This document shows, piece after piece, positions 1 through 9,438 of a DNA stretch of 44,673 nt. The notes under the pieces were generated by a model. That model saw nothing but the letters and a program-made list of their open reading frames with translations. It made no database searches and was not told where the DNA came from. A program made the translations under genes and the position numbers. Position 1 is the stretch's first letter, and the number at the start of each line of letters is the position of its first letter. The stretch is from an uncultured Rhodothermales bacterium. Lineage in GTDB: Bacteria; Bacteroidota; Rhodothermia; Rhodothermales; CAZKDQ01. Location: positions 1 to 44,673 of the forward strand of contig CAZRTY010000002.1 of the NCBI GenBank assembly GCA_964603055.1. Direction: 5' to 3'.

Positions 1-1
1 C

Positions 2-49
2 CGGCGCACGAAGGAGCTCATTAAGCACATCGAGACCGAGGTAGTATGA
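2..49 (+). CDS. 3' end of an unidentified upstream gene (partial, runs off window start)
   Basis: Open frame from position 2 (..RRTKELIKHIETEVV*) ends at TGA 47-49. This overlaps the ATG at 46 in an ATGA junction. Too short to identify. Confidence 0.3.
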   Translation, partial: RRTKELIKHIETEVV

Positions 50-741
50 GTTCGGCGGCCATGGAACGAGAATCGGTTCGGGTGCGCAATACGGAGCCGC
101 GCGATTTCGCCCGTATCACGGCCATCTCGCAGAAAGTCTATCCAAGCGACGAGCCCTGGCTGCCTAAACACCTCGAGGTCCATCTCGACGTCTTTCCGGA
201 AGGACAATTCGTCGCCGTCGATGCCGATGACGACGTGGTGGGAATGGCGGCGAGCCTCATCATCTCGTGGGATGATTATGACCGGCTCGACAACTACGAT
301 GAACTCACCGATAGCGGCTACTTCAACAACCACGATCCTTCGGGACGAACGCTATACGGCGCCGAGGTGATGGTTGACCCTGATCATCGACGCCGCGGCA
401 TCGGCTCTCTCATTTACGATTCACGCCGGAATCTTGTCGAGGAGATGGGATTGCTGCGGATCCGCGCCGGCGCCAGGCTACCGGGCTACGCGGCTGTAGC
501 GGAACAACTGTCTCCGCGCGATTACGTCAACGAGGTGATTCGCGGCGAGCGAGACGATCCGACGTTGTCTTTTCAAATCAGGCACGGATTCAAGGTGCTC
601 GCGGTCATCCCACGCTATCTCACGCACGATCCTCGGAGCCGCAACTACGCCGCGCTGATCGAATGGCTGAACCGCAAGGTGGCTTCTAACGAAGAAGCGG
701 AGCGCCATGACGCGGCGATGGCGCAGGCCGGTCGTCCTTGA
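46..741 (+). CDS. GNAT family N-acetyltransferase
   Basis: 231 aa ORF. It has an acetyl-CoA binding-type motif (VDPDHRRRGIGSLIY) and GNAT-like beta/alpha layout. An alternative start is at 61 (MERES). Confidence 0.7.
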   Translation: MSSAAMERESVRVRNTEPRDFARITAISQKVYPSDEPWLPKHLEVHLDVFPEGQFVAVDADDDVVGMAASLIISWDDYDRLDNYDELTDSGYFNNHDPSGRTLYGAEVMVDPDHRRRGIGSLIYDSRRNLVEEMGLLRIRAGARLPGYAAVAEQLSPRDYVNEVIRGERDDPTLSFQIRHGFKVLAVIPRYLTHDPRSRNYAALIEWLNRKVASNEEAERHDAAMAQAGRP

Positions 742-787
742 CCACTCAGTTGCCCGTGAGCAATAAGCAACAACCCCGCATAAACCC

Positions 788-820
788 ATGCCGCGCCGCG
801 ACCATCGCGCAGCACGGCAT
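788..820 (-). terminator. Possible terminator hairpin downstream of infA
   Basis: 13-bp stem (arms 788-800 and 808-820, 7-nt loop). It pairs fully on the minus-strand RNA with two G-U pairs, but has two C-A mismatches on the plus strand. A T-rich stretch (GGGTTTATGCGGGGTTGTTGCTTATTG) follows on the minus strand. There is no clean U-tract. Confidence 0.4.
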
Positions 821-839
821 CAATCACGAGCCCCACGTC

Positions 840-1058
840 TTACTTGTAGCGGTAAACGATACGGCCCTTCGTCAAATCGTACGGAGACATCTCGACGTCA
901 ACACGGTCTCCAGGGAGGATTCGGATAAAGTACTTCCTCATCTTGCCCGAAAGAAGGCCGAGGATGGTATGACCGTTGTCGAGTTCCACACGGAACTGAG
1001 CGTTCGGAAGCGCCTCGGTCACGACGCCTTCCTGCTGAATCGGTTCTTGCTTTGCCAT
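840..1058 (-). CDS. infA: Translation initiation factor IF-1
   Basis: 72 aa: [72 protein letters not shown]. This is a near-canonical IF-1 S1-fold sequence. A GGAGG lies about 10 nt upstream of the ATG. Confidence 0.97.
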   Translation of the reverse strand: MAKQEPIQQEGVVTEALPNAQFRVELDNGHTILGLLSGKMRKYFIRILPGDRVDVEMSPYDLTKGRIVYRYK

Positions 1059-1212
1059 ATGCTAATGCGCCTCCACGCGTCAGTGTAAACGTATCTCCAC
1101 CGCATAGAGACGGCAGGTGGAGATCTCTGTCAGTCTGTTCCTACGCCGGGCGGAACTTATTTGTTCGTGGAGTTCGCTGGAAAAACGCGTTTTCCTGCGT
1201 CTCCGGCCGCTC

Positions 1213-2163
1213 TTACTCTACCGAGGCGCCTGGAGCCGCCAGCAAATAAAGAGCCGCCATGCGAACCGCCAGTCCGTTCGTGACCTGATTGAGGATGATG
1301 GCCCGTTCGTGATCCACGACCTCGTCCGCTAATTCGACGCCGCGGTTAACCGGGCCGGGATGCATGATCCAGAGATCCGGATGCGCATCGAGATGCCGCA
1401 TCGTGATGCCGAACCGATCGTGATATTCGCGAAGACTCGGGAAGAGACCCTCGTCCTGACGTTCCATTTGGATGCGAAGGGCCATCGCCACGTCACATCC
1501 GTCCAACGCCTCGTCGAGGCGGTTGGTCACGCGAACGCCTAACTGCTCAATGCCCACCGGGATCATGGTTCGCGGGCCACAAAGGGTGACATTGGCCCCG
1601 AGCGCGCGAAGTCCGTAAATGTTGGACCGCGCCACACGGCTGTGCGTGATGTCACCGATGATCGAGACATTCAGTCCATCGAACGACTCCACCACGTCAG
1701 ACATCGTCAGCATATCGAGCAGCGCCTGGGTGGGATGTTCGTGGGCGCCGTCGCCCGCGTTGAGCACAACCGCGTCAACGCAGCGGGTAAGGTAATGCGC
1801 GGCGCCGGGTGAGCGGTGCCGAATGACGGCCACGTCGACTTTCATCGCCTCGATGTTGCGCGCCGTATCCTTGAGCGACTCACCTTTCGAAACCGACGAT
1901 CCCGACGACGAGAAGTTGACGACATCGGCGGAAAGCCGCTTCTCGGCCAGCTCGAAAGAGATCCGAGTGCGCGTCGATGCTTCGAAAAAGAGGTTGCACA
2001 CCGTCACTCCGCGGAGAGTAGGCACCCGTTTGATGGGCCGCTCGAGTACCTCGCGAAAGTGACGTGCCGTATGCAGAATAAGCAGGATCTCGTCGGCACT
2101 GTAGGTCGACAGACCCAGCAGGTGCCGGTGATTGAGCGATGAAATGGTGGGCGAATCGGTCAC
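1213..2163 (-). CDS. pyrB: Aspartate carbamoyltransferase catalytic subunit
   Basis: 316 aa with the STRTR carbamoyl-phosphate motif ([13 protein letters not shown]) and the HPTQ and HPGP motifs. GTG start, 2 nt after the pyrR stop. Confidence 0.95.
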   Translation of the reverse strand: MTDSPTISSLNHRHLLGLSTYSADEILLILHTARHFREVLERPIKRVPTLRGVTVCNLFFEASTRTRISFELAEKRLSADVVNFSSSGSSVSKGESLKDTARNIEAMKVDVAVIRHRSPGAAHYLTRCVDAVVLNAGDGAHEHPTQALLDMLTMSDVVESFDGLNVSIIGDITHSRVARSNIYGLRALGANVTLCGPRTMIPVGIEQLGVRVTNRLDEALDGCDVAMALRIQMERQDEGLFPSLREYHDRFGITMRHLDAHPDLWIMHPGPVNRGVELADEVVDHERAIILNQVTNGLAVRMAALYLLAAPGASVE

Positions 2164-2165
2164 CG

Positions 2166-2765
2166 CTACACCTGAGACTTCATTTCGTTATCTGGGTCAC
2201 TGCTGCCGTCAGCCTGTGGATCGACGAGCCAGACGCCTTCGCGGTTGTCAATCTCGGCAAGACGCACACGCACTTCCTCGCCGGGAAGCGTGGGCACAAA
2301 TCGACCTACAATATCGGCACGAATCGGCAGCTCTCTTCTGCCTCGATCGACCACGGCAAGCAACCGGATTGAGGCAGGGCGTCCGAGATCCATCAGAGCG
2401 TCAAGCGCGGCGCGGGCGGTTCGTCCCGTGTAAAGCACATCATCCACCAACACCAGGTGCCGGTCGGTGATATCGAATGGAATGCGCGTAACACGGATCT
2501 CCGGTTGGCGCAGCCGGCGCCTGAAGTCGTCACGGTACATCGTAGCGTCGAGAACGCCCATCGGCAGATCGATGCCGTCGGTAGCCAGAATCCGATCGTG
2601 CAACCGCTGCGCCAGATAAACGCCTCGCGTCTGCATCCCGATTAGCGCAAGCCGAGACGCATCGTCGACCGCTGGATCGAAGGCCTCAACAACCTGATGG
2701 GCCATTCGATCGAGCATCCGATCGAGATCCGACTTATCCAGTAACTGGGCCTTGACCCGATCCAT
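2166..2765 (-). CDS. pyrR: Bifunctional pyr operon regulator / uracil phosphoribosyltransferase PyrR
   Basis: 199 aa with the PRPP-binding motif [17 protein letters not shown] and PyrR-like N-terminus. It sits immediately upstream of pyrB. Confidence 0.9.
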   Translation of the reverse strand: MDRVKAQLLDKSDLDRMLDRMAHQVVEAFDPAVDDASRLALIGMQTRGVYLAQRLHDRILATDGIDLPMGVLDATMYRDDFRRRLRQPEIRVTRIPFDITDRHLVLVDDVLYTGRTARAALDALMDLGRPASIRLLAVVDRGRRELPIRADIVGRFVPTLPGEEVRVRLAEIDNREGVWLVDPQADGSSDPDNEMKSQV

Positions 2766-2916
2766 CTGCGCGAAAAAGGGGGATTAACTGTTCGGCTGCT
2801 GCCGATCGATCGCCGCAAGGGCATGGGTCCGCGGCGACGTCGGCGCGCAAGATAAGCAGGAACCGACGTATCGTCACACGTTCTACTGAGGCCCGCCCAA
2901 GTATTGCCGGTTATTC

Positions 2917-3852
2917 ATGGCCGACCGTTCTCCCGTCCTCCGCTTTCTCGACCCCGTTGCCGTATCGCGACTCGACAACATGGAGTTGCGCGCCCGCATG
3001 ATTGTGGAAGGCTTTATGACGGGCCTCCACAAAAGTCCGTATCACGGCTTTTCGGTCGAGTTTGCCGAGCATCGGCCATACAACTCAGGCGATGAACTGC
3101 GCCACGTCGACTGGAAGGTGTTTGCCAAGACCGATCGATACTACGTCAAGCAGTTCGAGGAAGAGACAAACTTGCGTCACTACGTGGTGCTCGACATATC
3201 GACGTCGATGTCGTACCGCGGCGAAGATGGCCTCAGCAAGATCGAATACTCGGCATACCTTGCGGGCGGTCTGCATTATCTGATGATCAAGCAGCGCGAC
3301 GCCAGCGGCTTGATCACGTTCGACGATCAACTCAGGGACGTCCTCGAGCCTCGAAGCACACGCAGTTATCTTCGCCGCATCCTACTGACGCTCGAGCAGG
3401 CCGCCGCGCGCTCAAACAAGGAACGCACCCGCACCGGCGCCGCTGCCGCACTCGGCCAGGTTGCCGAGCGAATTGGCCGCCGATCGCTCGTGGTGGTACT
3501 GACGGATCTCTTCGAGAATATCGGCGAGCACGATGATCTCCTCCGCGCACTGCGCCATCTGCGGCACCGCGGCCACGAGGTACTGGTCTTCCACATCCTC
3601 GACTCCGACACGGAACGGCGCTTCCGCTTCCCCAATGTGCCGATGATTTTTCGGGATCTGGAGACGGGAGGTGAGATCGCTCTGCAGCCGGCTCAGCTCG
3701 CCGAGCACTACCAGGAAGCCGTCGCGCACTTCTCCGAGCGATTCCGACTCCGTTGTCGCGAGCATGGCATCGACTTCGTCGAACTGGACACCGCCGCGCC
3801 CTACGATCACGCCCTGACGTCGTATCTGAACAAGCGAAGTAAGATGATGTAG
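2917..3852 (+). CDS. DUF58 domain protein (vWA-like, MoxR-system associated family)
   Basis: 311 aa with the characteristic DUF58 block GLHKSPYHGFSVEFAEHRPYNSGDELRHVDWKVFAKTDRYYVKQFEEE. Confidence 0.85.
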   Translation: MADRSPVLRFLDPVAVSRLDNMELRARMIVEGFMTGLHKSPYHGFSVEFAEHRPYNSGDELRHVDWKVFAKTDRYYVKQFEEETNLRHYVVLDISTSMSYRGEDGLSKIEYSAYLAGGLHYLMIKQRDASGLITFDDQLRDVLEPRSTRSYLRRILLTLEQAAARSNKERTRTGAAAALGQVAERIGRRSLVVVLTDLFENIGEHDDLLRALRHLRHRGHEVLVFHILDSDTERRFRFPNVPMIFRDLETGGEIALQPAQLAEHYQEAVAHFSERFRLRCREHGIDFVELDTAAPYDHALTSYLNKRSKMM

Positions 3853-4023
3853 ACGCGCCGCGCTCACCCACCATCGTCTGGGTGTGTTGATCGAAGGCCG
3901 TTTCCTACGACCCGACCGATTCCCCTCACTCGAACACCCCGAAGGCTGTACTTTGCGCCGGTGCGAATCCTCACACCGCGTTACACGTTCGTATACGACA
4001 TCGTAACCCTCCCTTCCCTTTTC

Positions 4024-5781
4024 ATGATGAATCGTATTCTCGACGTTCGTCGCCGATTTGCAGCTTTATGCGCTGCCGCATTCGTTCTGGCTGCTGCCGC
4101 CTCGCCTTCGCTGGCTCAGGCTCCCAGCGCCGCGTTCGCCCCTACCGTCATCGACGACCCGAGCGTCGCGCAGCGATATGCGCAGACCATCACCGCCGAT
4201 GAACTCGCCGCGCATCTCTACGTCTTCGCCTCTGATTATTTTGAGGGAAGAGAGGCCACGGCGCCGGGCCAGAAACTAGCCGCCAAGTACCTGGCGTCGC
4301 AGTATCGCCTCACCGGCCTGACCCCCATGGGCACATTCCAGACGGATGACGAGCGCGACTTGAAGCGCTATCTGCAGCCGTTCACCGTCTACGGCAATGA
4401 ACTCGAAGCCGCAGATCTCGAGGTGATTGTGAACGGTGAGTCCGTCGCACGGACGGAGTTCGGACTCGGGCGCCACGACGGATCGTCCTACCTCATGTTC
4501 GGCACCATTCCGGACGTGCGCGCCGAGGTCGTCTTTGCCGGCTACGGCATTTCTGATGGCGCGTATGACGACTTTGCTGCGCTCTCGGATGCCGGTGTTT
4601 CAAGTGCCGGGAAGTGGCTGCTCGTTCTCGGTGGCGAGCCGACCGACGCCGAGGGTAACAGCCTGCTCAGCGAGGACGGCGAACTCACAACCTGGAGCGA
4701 GAGTCTCTGGAGCAAATTCCGCGCGGCATCCGCGTCGGGCCAAGTGCTGGGCATCTTGATTGTCGATGATCTCGGCTCGCAGCAGCAAGATCTTGCCGAG
4801 ACAGCCCGCCGTCAGGCCGAAGCGCTCGAAGTCCAGGTTGGCAGCATCTCATTGTCAGTGGACGGGCCGCAGCGTGCCTTCCCGCCGGTCCACGCGATCT
4901 CATCGGAGGTCGCCAACGCCATCTTGCAGCCCACCGGCCGCAGGATCGACGACATCAAAACGGAGATCGACGCATCCTTCTCCCCCACCGTATTCGCCGT
5001 GCCGAATGTGGAGGTGAGCTCGACGATCCGCAATAAAAGCGTCCCGCTGGTGACAGAGAACGTCATCGCGGCCGTCGAAGGCGTTGACCCGGCGCTGAAG
5101 CACGAGTTCATCGTGCTCACATCCCACTACGACCACGTCGGCATCGATCCCACGCTCGATGGGGACCAGATCTTTAACGGCGCCGACGACGATGGCTCAG
5201 GCACTGTTTCGCTGCTCGAAATCGCACAGGCATTCCAGAAAGCTCGCGAAGACGGGTATGGTCCTCGTCGTTCGATTCTCTTCCTCAACGTGTCGGCCGA
5301 GGAAAAAGGATTACTTGGCTCGCGGTACTATTCTGATTTCGAGCCTGTGGTGCCGCTTGACAACACGGTGGCCAACCTCAACATCGACATGATCGGCCGG
5401 CACGACCCCACCTACCCCGGCGAGACGACCGACTATGTCTACATCATCGGCGGCAACCTCATTTCTGACGACATCCACGAGGTGAATGACAACGTCAACG
5501 AGCTACTCGCCACTGGTATCGAGCTGAGCGAGCGTTTCAACGCACCGGATGACCCGAACCAGTTCTACCGCCGCTCGGATCACTGGAACTTCGCCAAGCA
5601 CAACATCCCGTTTATCTTCTACTTCACGGGAACGCACGAAGACTACCACGGCGTTGGCGATGAGCCACATAAAGTGGACTACGAGCGCATGGAGAAGATT
5701 GCGCGCCTCATCTTCGGCACCACCTGGCAACTCGCCAACCAAGATGAGCGACCGCAGGTCTCCGGGCCGGGTTTCAACTGA
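4024..5781 (+). CDS. Secreted M28 family metallopeptidase (aminopeptidase) with PA-like insert
   Basis: Signal peptide MMNRILDVRRRFAALCAAAFVLAAAASPSLAQA. M28 zinc-ligand blocks are present (HYDHVG, GADDDGSG, EEKGLLGS, NIDMIG, SDHWNF). The ORF track starts at GTG 3961, but ATG 4024 gives a canonical signal peptide. Confidence 0.88.
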   Translation: MMNRILDVRRRFAALCAAAFVLAAAASPSLAQAPSAAFAPTVIDDPSVAQRYAQTITADELAAHLYVFASDYFEGREATAPGQKLAAKYLASQYRLTGLTPMGTFQTDDERDLKRYLQPFTVYGNELEAADLEVIVNGESVARTEFGLGRHDGSSYLMFGTIPDVRAEVVFAGYGISDGAYDDFAALSDAGVSSAGKWLLVLGGEPTDAEGNSLLSEDGELTTWSESLWSKFRAASASGQVLGILIVDDLGSQQQDLAETARRQAEALEVQVGSISLSVDGPQRAFPPVHAISSEVANAILQPTGRRIDDIKTEIDASFSPTVFAVPNVEVSSTIRNKSVPLVTENVIAAVEGVDPALKHEFIVLTSHYDHVGIDPTLDGDQIFNGADDDGSGTVSLLEIAQAFQKAREDGYGPRRSILFLNVSAEEKGLLGSRYYSDFEPVVPLDNTVANLNIDMIGRHDPTYPGETTDYVYIIGGNLISDDIHEVNDNVNELLATGIELSERFNAPDDPNQFYRRSDHWNFAKHNIPFIFYFTGTHEDYHGVGDEPHKVDYERMEKIARLIFGTTWQLANQDERPQVSGPGFN

Positions 5782-5802
5782 TCCATCTGTCTCTATTCTC
5801 GA

Positions 5803-5837
5803 GGGGCGCGGCAACGGGCCGTGCCCCTTTTCTTTTT
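5803..5837 (+). terminator. Rho-independent terminator after the M28 peptidase gene
   Basis: 10-bp GC-rich stem (5803-5812 pairs with 5818-5827, one G-U pair, 5-nt loop) followed directly by TTTTCTTTTT (5828-5837). Confidence 0.75.
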
Positions 5838-5855
5838 GATGATGTTCAGAAATAG

Positions 5856-7058
5856 ATGATCGATCGCGTCAAACGGATCGCCGACGACACGTTCGCAGAG
5901 GTCGTGGCGCTCCGGAGGGATATTCATCAGCACCCTGAGCTCGCCACGGACGAGCATCGCACATCCGAGCGCATCGCGGCGGCACTGGGGTCACTGGGCT
6001 GCGAAGTCCACCGCAACATCGCAGGAACCGGCGTGGTCGCGATCATTCGCGGCGACCGCCCCGGACCGTCGCTGATGCTACGGGCCGACATGGATGCACT
6101 GCCGATCCTCGAGGCGACGTGCCTGCCGTTTAGCTCGAGCGTGCCGGGCGTGATGCATGCCTGTGGTCACGATGCCCATACGGCCTGCCTCGTCGGTGCG
6201 GCGGGAATTTTGGTGCGGATGAAGGAGGAACTGCATGGAACGGTTCGTCTGATTTTCCAGCCTGCGGAAGAAAAACTTCCCGGCGGCGCGCTGCCGATGA
6301 TCGAGGCGGGCGCGCTCGGCGAGTTTGAAGGCGTTCAAGCGGTCGATTATGCGTTCGGACAGCACGTCCAACCCGAACTTCCAGCGGGCATGATCGGCAT
6401 CCGGAGCGGCATGTATATGGCCTCTGCCGATGAGCTCTACATCACCATCCACGGCCACGGAGGTCACGCCGCCGCTCCCCACACGCTGCAAAGCGATGCC
6501 GTCGTCGTCGCGGCACACGTTATCGGCGCGCTGCAAACCGTCATCAGCCGCAACTGCCCGCCGGGCGTGCCAAGCGTCTTGTCCATCGGGAAGGTGACGG
6601 CCGACGGCGCCACGAATGTAATTCCCGAGACCGCGCGAATGGAAGGCACATTCCGTGCGATGGATGAGGAATGGCGCGCACGCGCGCACCGTATCATCGA
6701 ACGCGTCGTACGTCATACCGCCGAGGCGCTAGGTGCAACGGCAACCGTGGAAATCCGCAAAGGATATCCCGCGCTCTACAATCACGAAGGGCCGTCAGCA
6801 TTCGTCCGCGAAGCTGCCGTCGAATTCGTGGGTGAGGAGCATGTTGCGGACCTCGACCAGTGGTTCGCCTCCGAAGACTTCGCCTATTACCTCCAGCATG
6901 TGCCGGGCGCGTTCTATCGCCTTGGCACCGGCAACGCCGCTGCGGGCATCGATCACCCGCTCCATACCTCACGCTTTACTATCGACGAAGAAGCTTTACG
7001 CGTTGGGGCGGGCTTCCTCGCGTACCTCGCCCTCGCAGGTCAACGCCTTAACGGATGA
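5856..7058 (+). CDS. M20 family amidohydrolase (N-acyl-L-amino acid amidohydrolase / hippuricase-like)
   Basis: 400 aa with the M20D blocks LRADMDALP, MHACGHDAH and FQPAEE. Confidence 0.88.
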   Translation: MIDRVKRIADDTFAEVVALRRDIHQHPELATDEHRTSERIAAALGSLGCEVHRNIAGTGVVAIIRGDRPGPSLMLRADMDALPILEATCLPFSSSVPGVMHACGHDAHTACLVGAAGILVRMKEELHGTVRLIFQPAEEKLPGGALPMIEAGALGEFEGVQAVDYAFGQHVQPELPAGMIGIRSGMYMASADELYITIHGHGGHAAAPHTLQSDAVVVAAHVIGALQTVISRNCPPGVPSVLSIGKVTADGATNVIPETARMEGTFRAMDEEWRARAHRIIERVVRHTAEALGATATVEIRKGYPALYNHEGPSAFVREAAVEFVGEEHVADLDQWFASEDFAYYLQHVPGAFYRLGTGNAAAGIDHPLHTSRFTIDEEALRVGAGFLAYLALAGQRLNG

Positions 7059-7774
7059 ACCCGCTCTTCGACCTCCCTCCCTTCCCCGGTTTTCGCGAAG
7101 AAGGTCTGCAGTTCATGCGGGACCTCAAACAGAATAACGAGCGCGACTGGTTCAAACCTCGTAAATCGACGTACGACGATGAACTGGTCTGGCCAATGCA
7201 ATGCCTGCTCGTGCAGCTCACGCGTGAGGCTTCGGCTTCGAAGCTGCCCTACCAGGGAGATCCCGGCTCGTCGATCTTCCGCATTTATCGCGACACCCGG
7301 TTCTCGAAGAACAAACGACCGTACAAGACGCACATCGGCGCCATCTTGACGCGGACCGGGGACAGGAAGGAGCCCGGCGGCGTCTACATCCACGTAGAGC
7401 CGGGCGGCTCGTTCATCGCAGGCGGGTTCTGGAATCCGGAGCGAGATCTGCTGCTGCGATTCCGGCAGCGGATGGCTGCGTTCCCGGAGGAATTCATCGG
7501 CATCGTCGAAGATCTACGCTCGAAGGGGCTGCATGCCGAACCCGAGGAAAAACTCAAACGGATGCCCCGAGGCATCGACGCAACAGAGGATCACCCTGCG
7601 GCTGTGTACCTCAAATGGAAGTCATTCGTGGCATCGCGCAGTGTTGCGGATGACGAGCTTCAAGACCCCGCCTTTGCCGCCACCGTCTTCGCAACGATGC
7701 GAGACATGCTACCGCTGCTCGAGTACGGCTGGATGCTCGAAGGCCCGAGTGAGCCCTTCGATGAACAGCACTGA
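7055..7774 (+). CDS. DUF2461 (TIGR02453-like) family protein
   Basis: 239 aa with N-terminal FxGFxxEGLQFMRDLKQNNERDWF and later IFRIYRDTRFSKNKRPYKTH, both typical of DUF2461. The start overlaps the M20 stop in an ATGA junction (7055-7058). Confidence 0.8.
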   Translation: MNPLFDLPPFPGFREEGLQFMRDLKQNNERDWFKPRKSTYDDELVWPMQCLLVQLTREASASKLPYQGDPGSSIFRIYRDTRFSKNKRPYKTHIGAILTRTGDRKEPGGVYIHVEPGGSFIAGGFWNPERDLLLRFRQRMAAFPEEFIGIVEDLRSKGLHAEPEEKLKRMPRGIDATEDHPAAVYLKWKSFVASRSVADDELQDPAFAATVFATMRDMLPLLEYGWMLEGPSEPFDEQH

Positions 7775-7792
7775 TTTACGCTCGATGTGCGC

Positions 7793-8125
7793 TCAGTAGG
7801 CGGAGGGAGCGTTGACTGCTTCCACGCGCGAGATCTGCGGCACAGACCGCTTGAGGGCCTGCTCGATCCCCGCGCGGAGCGTCATCGTACTCATCGGGCA
7901 GGTGCCGCAAGCGCCCAGGAGTTCGAGCTCGACCACGAGGTCGGGCGTGATGTCTGTTACCCGCACCGAGCCGCCATCGGCCATGAGATAGGGCCGAATC
8001 ATATCGAGCGCCTCTTCCACCTTGCGCCGCAATTCGGGATCGGCACCCGGGTTGAAATCAAGGTTCGTACTCGACATTTCGCTTGGTGTCTGGTCGACTG
8101 GTGTCTGGTTATCGTCCTGCGTCAT
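7793..8125 (-). CDS. NifU C-terminal-domain (Nfu-type) Fe-S cluster assembly protein
   Basis: 110 aa with IRPYLMADGGSVRV...LLGACGTCPMSTMTL (the CxxC Nfu motif). Confidence 0.9.
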   Translation of the reverse strand: MTQDDNQTPVDQTPSEMSSTNLDFNPGADPELRRKVEEALDMIRPYLMADGGSVRVTDITPDLVVELELLGACGTCPMSTMTLRAGIEQALKRSVPQISRVEAVNAPSAY

Positions 8126-8200
8126 CGAATCAGAAAATAAGGAAAGACCGACTGGCGCGTGGAGGGATAACTCGCCATATCTGAAAAAGATCGACCGGCC

Positions 8201-9304
8201 TCACTTGTAGAGAATCTCTACCGACTGCGTCACCGGCAGCCCTGCGTTTCGCAGCGCAACTTGCATCACAACCTCACGCGCCATCTCGGTGAATGCTGCG
8301 GCGGACGCACTGTCAGGATGCGACTCCACGGCCGGCGTGCCTTCGTCGCCCGCTTCTCGCACCAATTGCTCGATCGGGATCTCGCCCAGGAGACGAACGC
8401 CGAGCTCATCCGCGAGGCGCCGCGCACCTCCTTCCCCGAACAAGAAGTACTTGCGATCGGGCAGGTCGGGCGGGATGAAGGCCGACATATTTTCGACGAT
8501 CCCCAGCACCGGTACCTGCACGTTGTCAAACATCGCAACGCCCTTGCGCGCGTCGGCCAGCGCAACTTTCTGCGGCGTCGACACAACGACGGCGCCCGTG
8601 AGCGCGACCGACTGGACGAGCGTGAGCTGGATATCTCCTGTTCCGGGAGGTAGGTCAAGCACCAGGTAGTCGAGCTCGCCCCACTCGGCATCGCCGAGGA
8701 ACTGACGAACGGCGTTTGAGACCATGGGCCCGCGCCAGATGACCGCTTTATCGAGCTCCACCAGGAAGCCCATCGAGAGCAGCTTGACGCCGTACTTCTC
8801 GACAGGCACAATTTTGCGCTGCTCATTAACCCGAGGCTTGGCATCTTCGACGCCGAACATCGTCGGCACCGACGGACCGTAGATGTCGGCATCCACGAGT
8901 CCCACGTCGTATCCTTCTTTGGCGAGAGCCACAGCGAGGTTTGCCGCGACCGTGCTCTTACCGACACCGCCTTTGCCCGAGGCGACAGCGATGAGGTTCG
9001 TGGCGCCGGTGTCGATCGACTGCTTGGCACCGCCTTGAGCGCTCATCCCGAGGCCGATCATCTCGTGATCGACGTTCACATCAACCGCGATGCCTTCATA
9101 GCGATCGTTGACTGCCTTTGCGACGAGAACCTCAATTTCATCCGAGAAAGGCGCCGTAGGGTCCTTCACCATCAGCGTCATCGAGACACGATCGTCGGTC
9201 ACCTTCAGATCGCGGACCATGTTGAGGGTGATGATGTCTTTCTCACGTGCGGGTTCGACGATGGTCGACAGCGCACGAATGATGTCGGTGGGTGTAGCCG
9301 GCAT
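8201..9304 (-). CDS. apbC: Mrp/NBP35 (ApbC) family Fe-S cluster carrier ATPase
   Basis: 367 aa with an N-terminal DUF59-like domain, deviant Walker A VASGKGGVGKST and a Mrp signature region. It lies directly upstream of the Nfu gene. Confidence 0.93.
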   Translation of the reverse strand: MPATPTDIIRALSTIVEPAREKDIITLNMVRDLKVTDDRVSMTLMVKDPTAPFSDEIEVLVAKAVNDRYEGIAVDVNVDHEMIGLGMSAQGGAKQSIDTGATNLIAVASGKGGVGKSTVAANLAVALAKEGYDVGLVDADIYGPSVPTMFGVEDAKPRVNEQRKIVPVEKYGVKLLSMGFLVELDKAVIWRGPMVSNAVRQFLGDAEWGELDYLVLDLPPGTGDIQLTLVQSVALTGAVVVSTPQKVALADARKGVAMFDNVQVPVLGIVENMSAFIPPDLPDRKYFLFGEGGARRLADELGVRLLGEIPIEQLVREAGDEGTPAVESHPDSASAAAFTEMAREVVMQVALRNAGLPVTQSVEILYK

Positions 9305-9348
9305 GGTATTGATCGGAAAGCGCGTGAGTTCGGATAAGACGCTTCAGA

Positions 9349-9375
9349 GAATGCACTATTTCGGATAGAGCATTC
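9349..9375. promoter_or_regulatory. 27-nt near-perfect palindrome upstream of apbC (candidate operator or leader hairpin)
   Basis: GAATGC-A-CTAT-TTCGG-ATAG-A-GCATTC: 6+4 bp arms with one symmetric A/A mismatch, 45-71 nt upstream of the apbC ATG (9304). Confidence 0.3.
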
Positions 9376-9438
9376 CGATTTGCGCGTTACGACGCGGCGC
9401 GGCCGTGGGTCCCACACGGCTCAGCTTTCGCCGTAACC

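Noticed and set aside
738-1088. 116-aa plus-strand ORF spanning the infA locus.
   Set aside because: It is antisense to a near-canonical IF-1 coding sequence and has no recognisable features.
2766-2916. Search for a PyrR RNA binding loop / attenuator in the pyrR-pyrB leader.
   Set aside because: I could not find the conserved PyrR binding-loop core (UCCAGAGAGG-like) or a convincing terminator/antiterminator pair on the minus strand. Only short palindromes (CGATCGATCG) are present.
3961-4023. GTG-initiated 5' extension of the M28 peptidase ORF.
   Set aside because: The extension (MRILTPRYTFVYDIVTLPSLF) precedes a canonical signal peptide that starts at ATG 4024. The internal ATG is the more plausible start.
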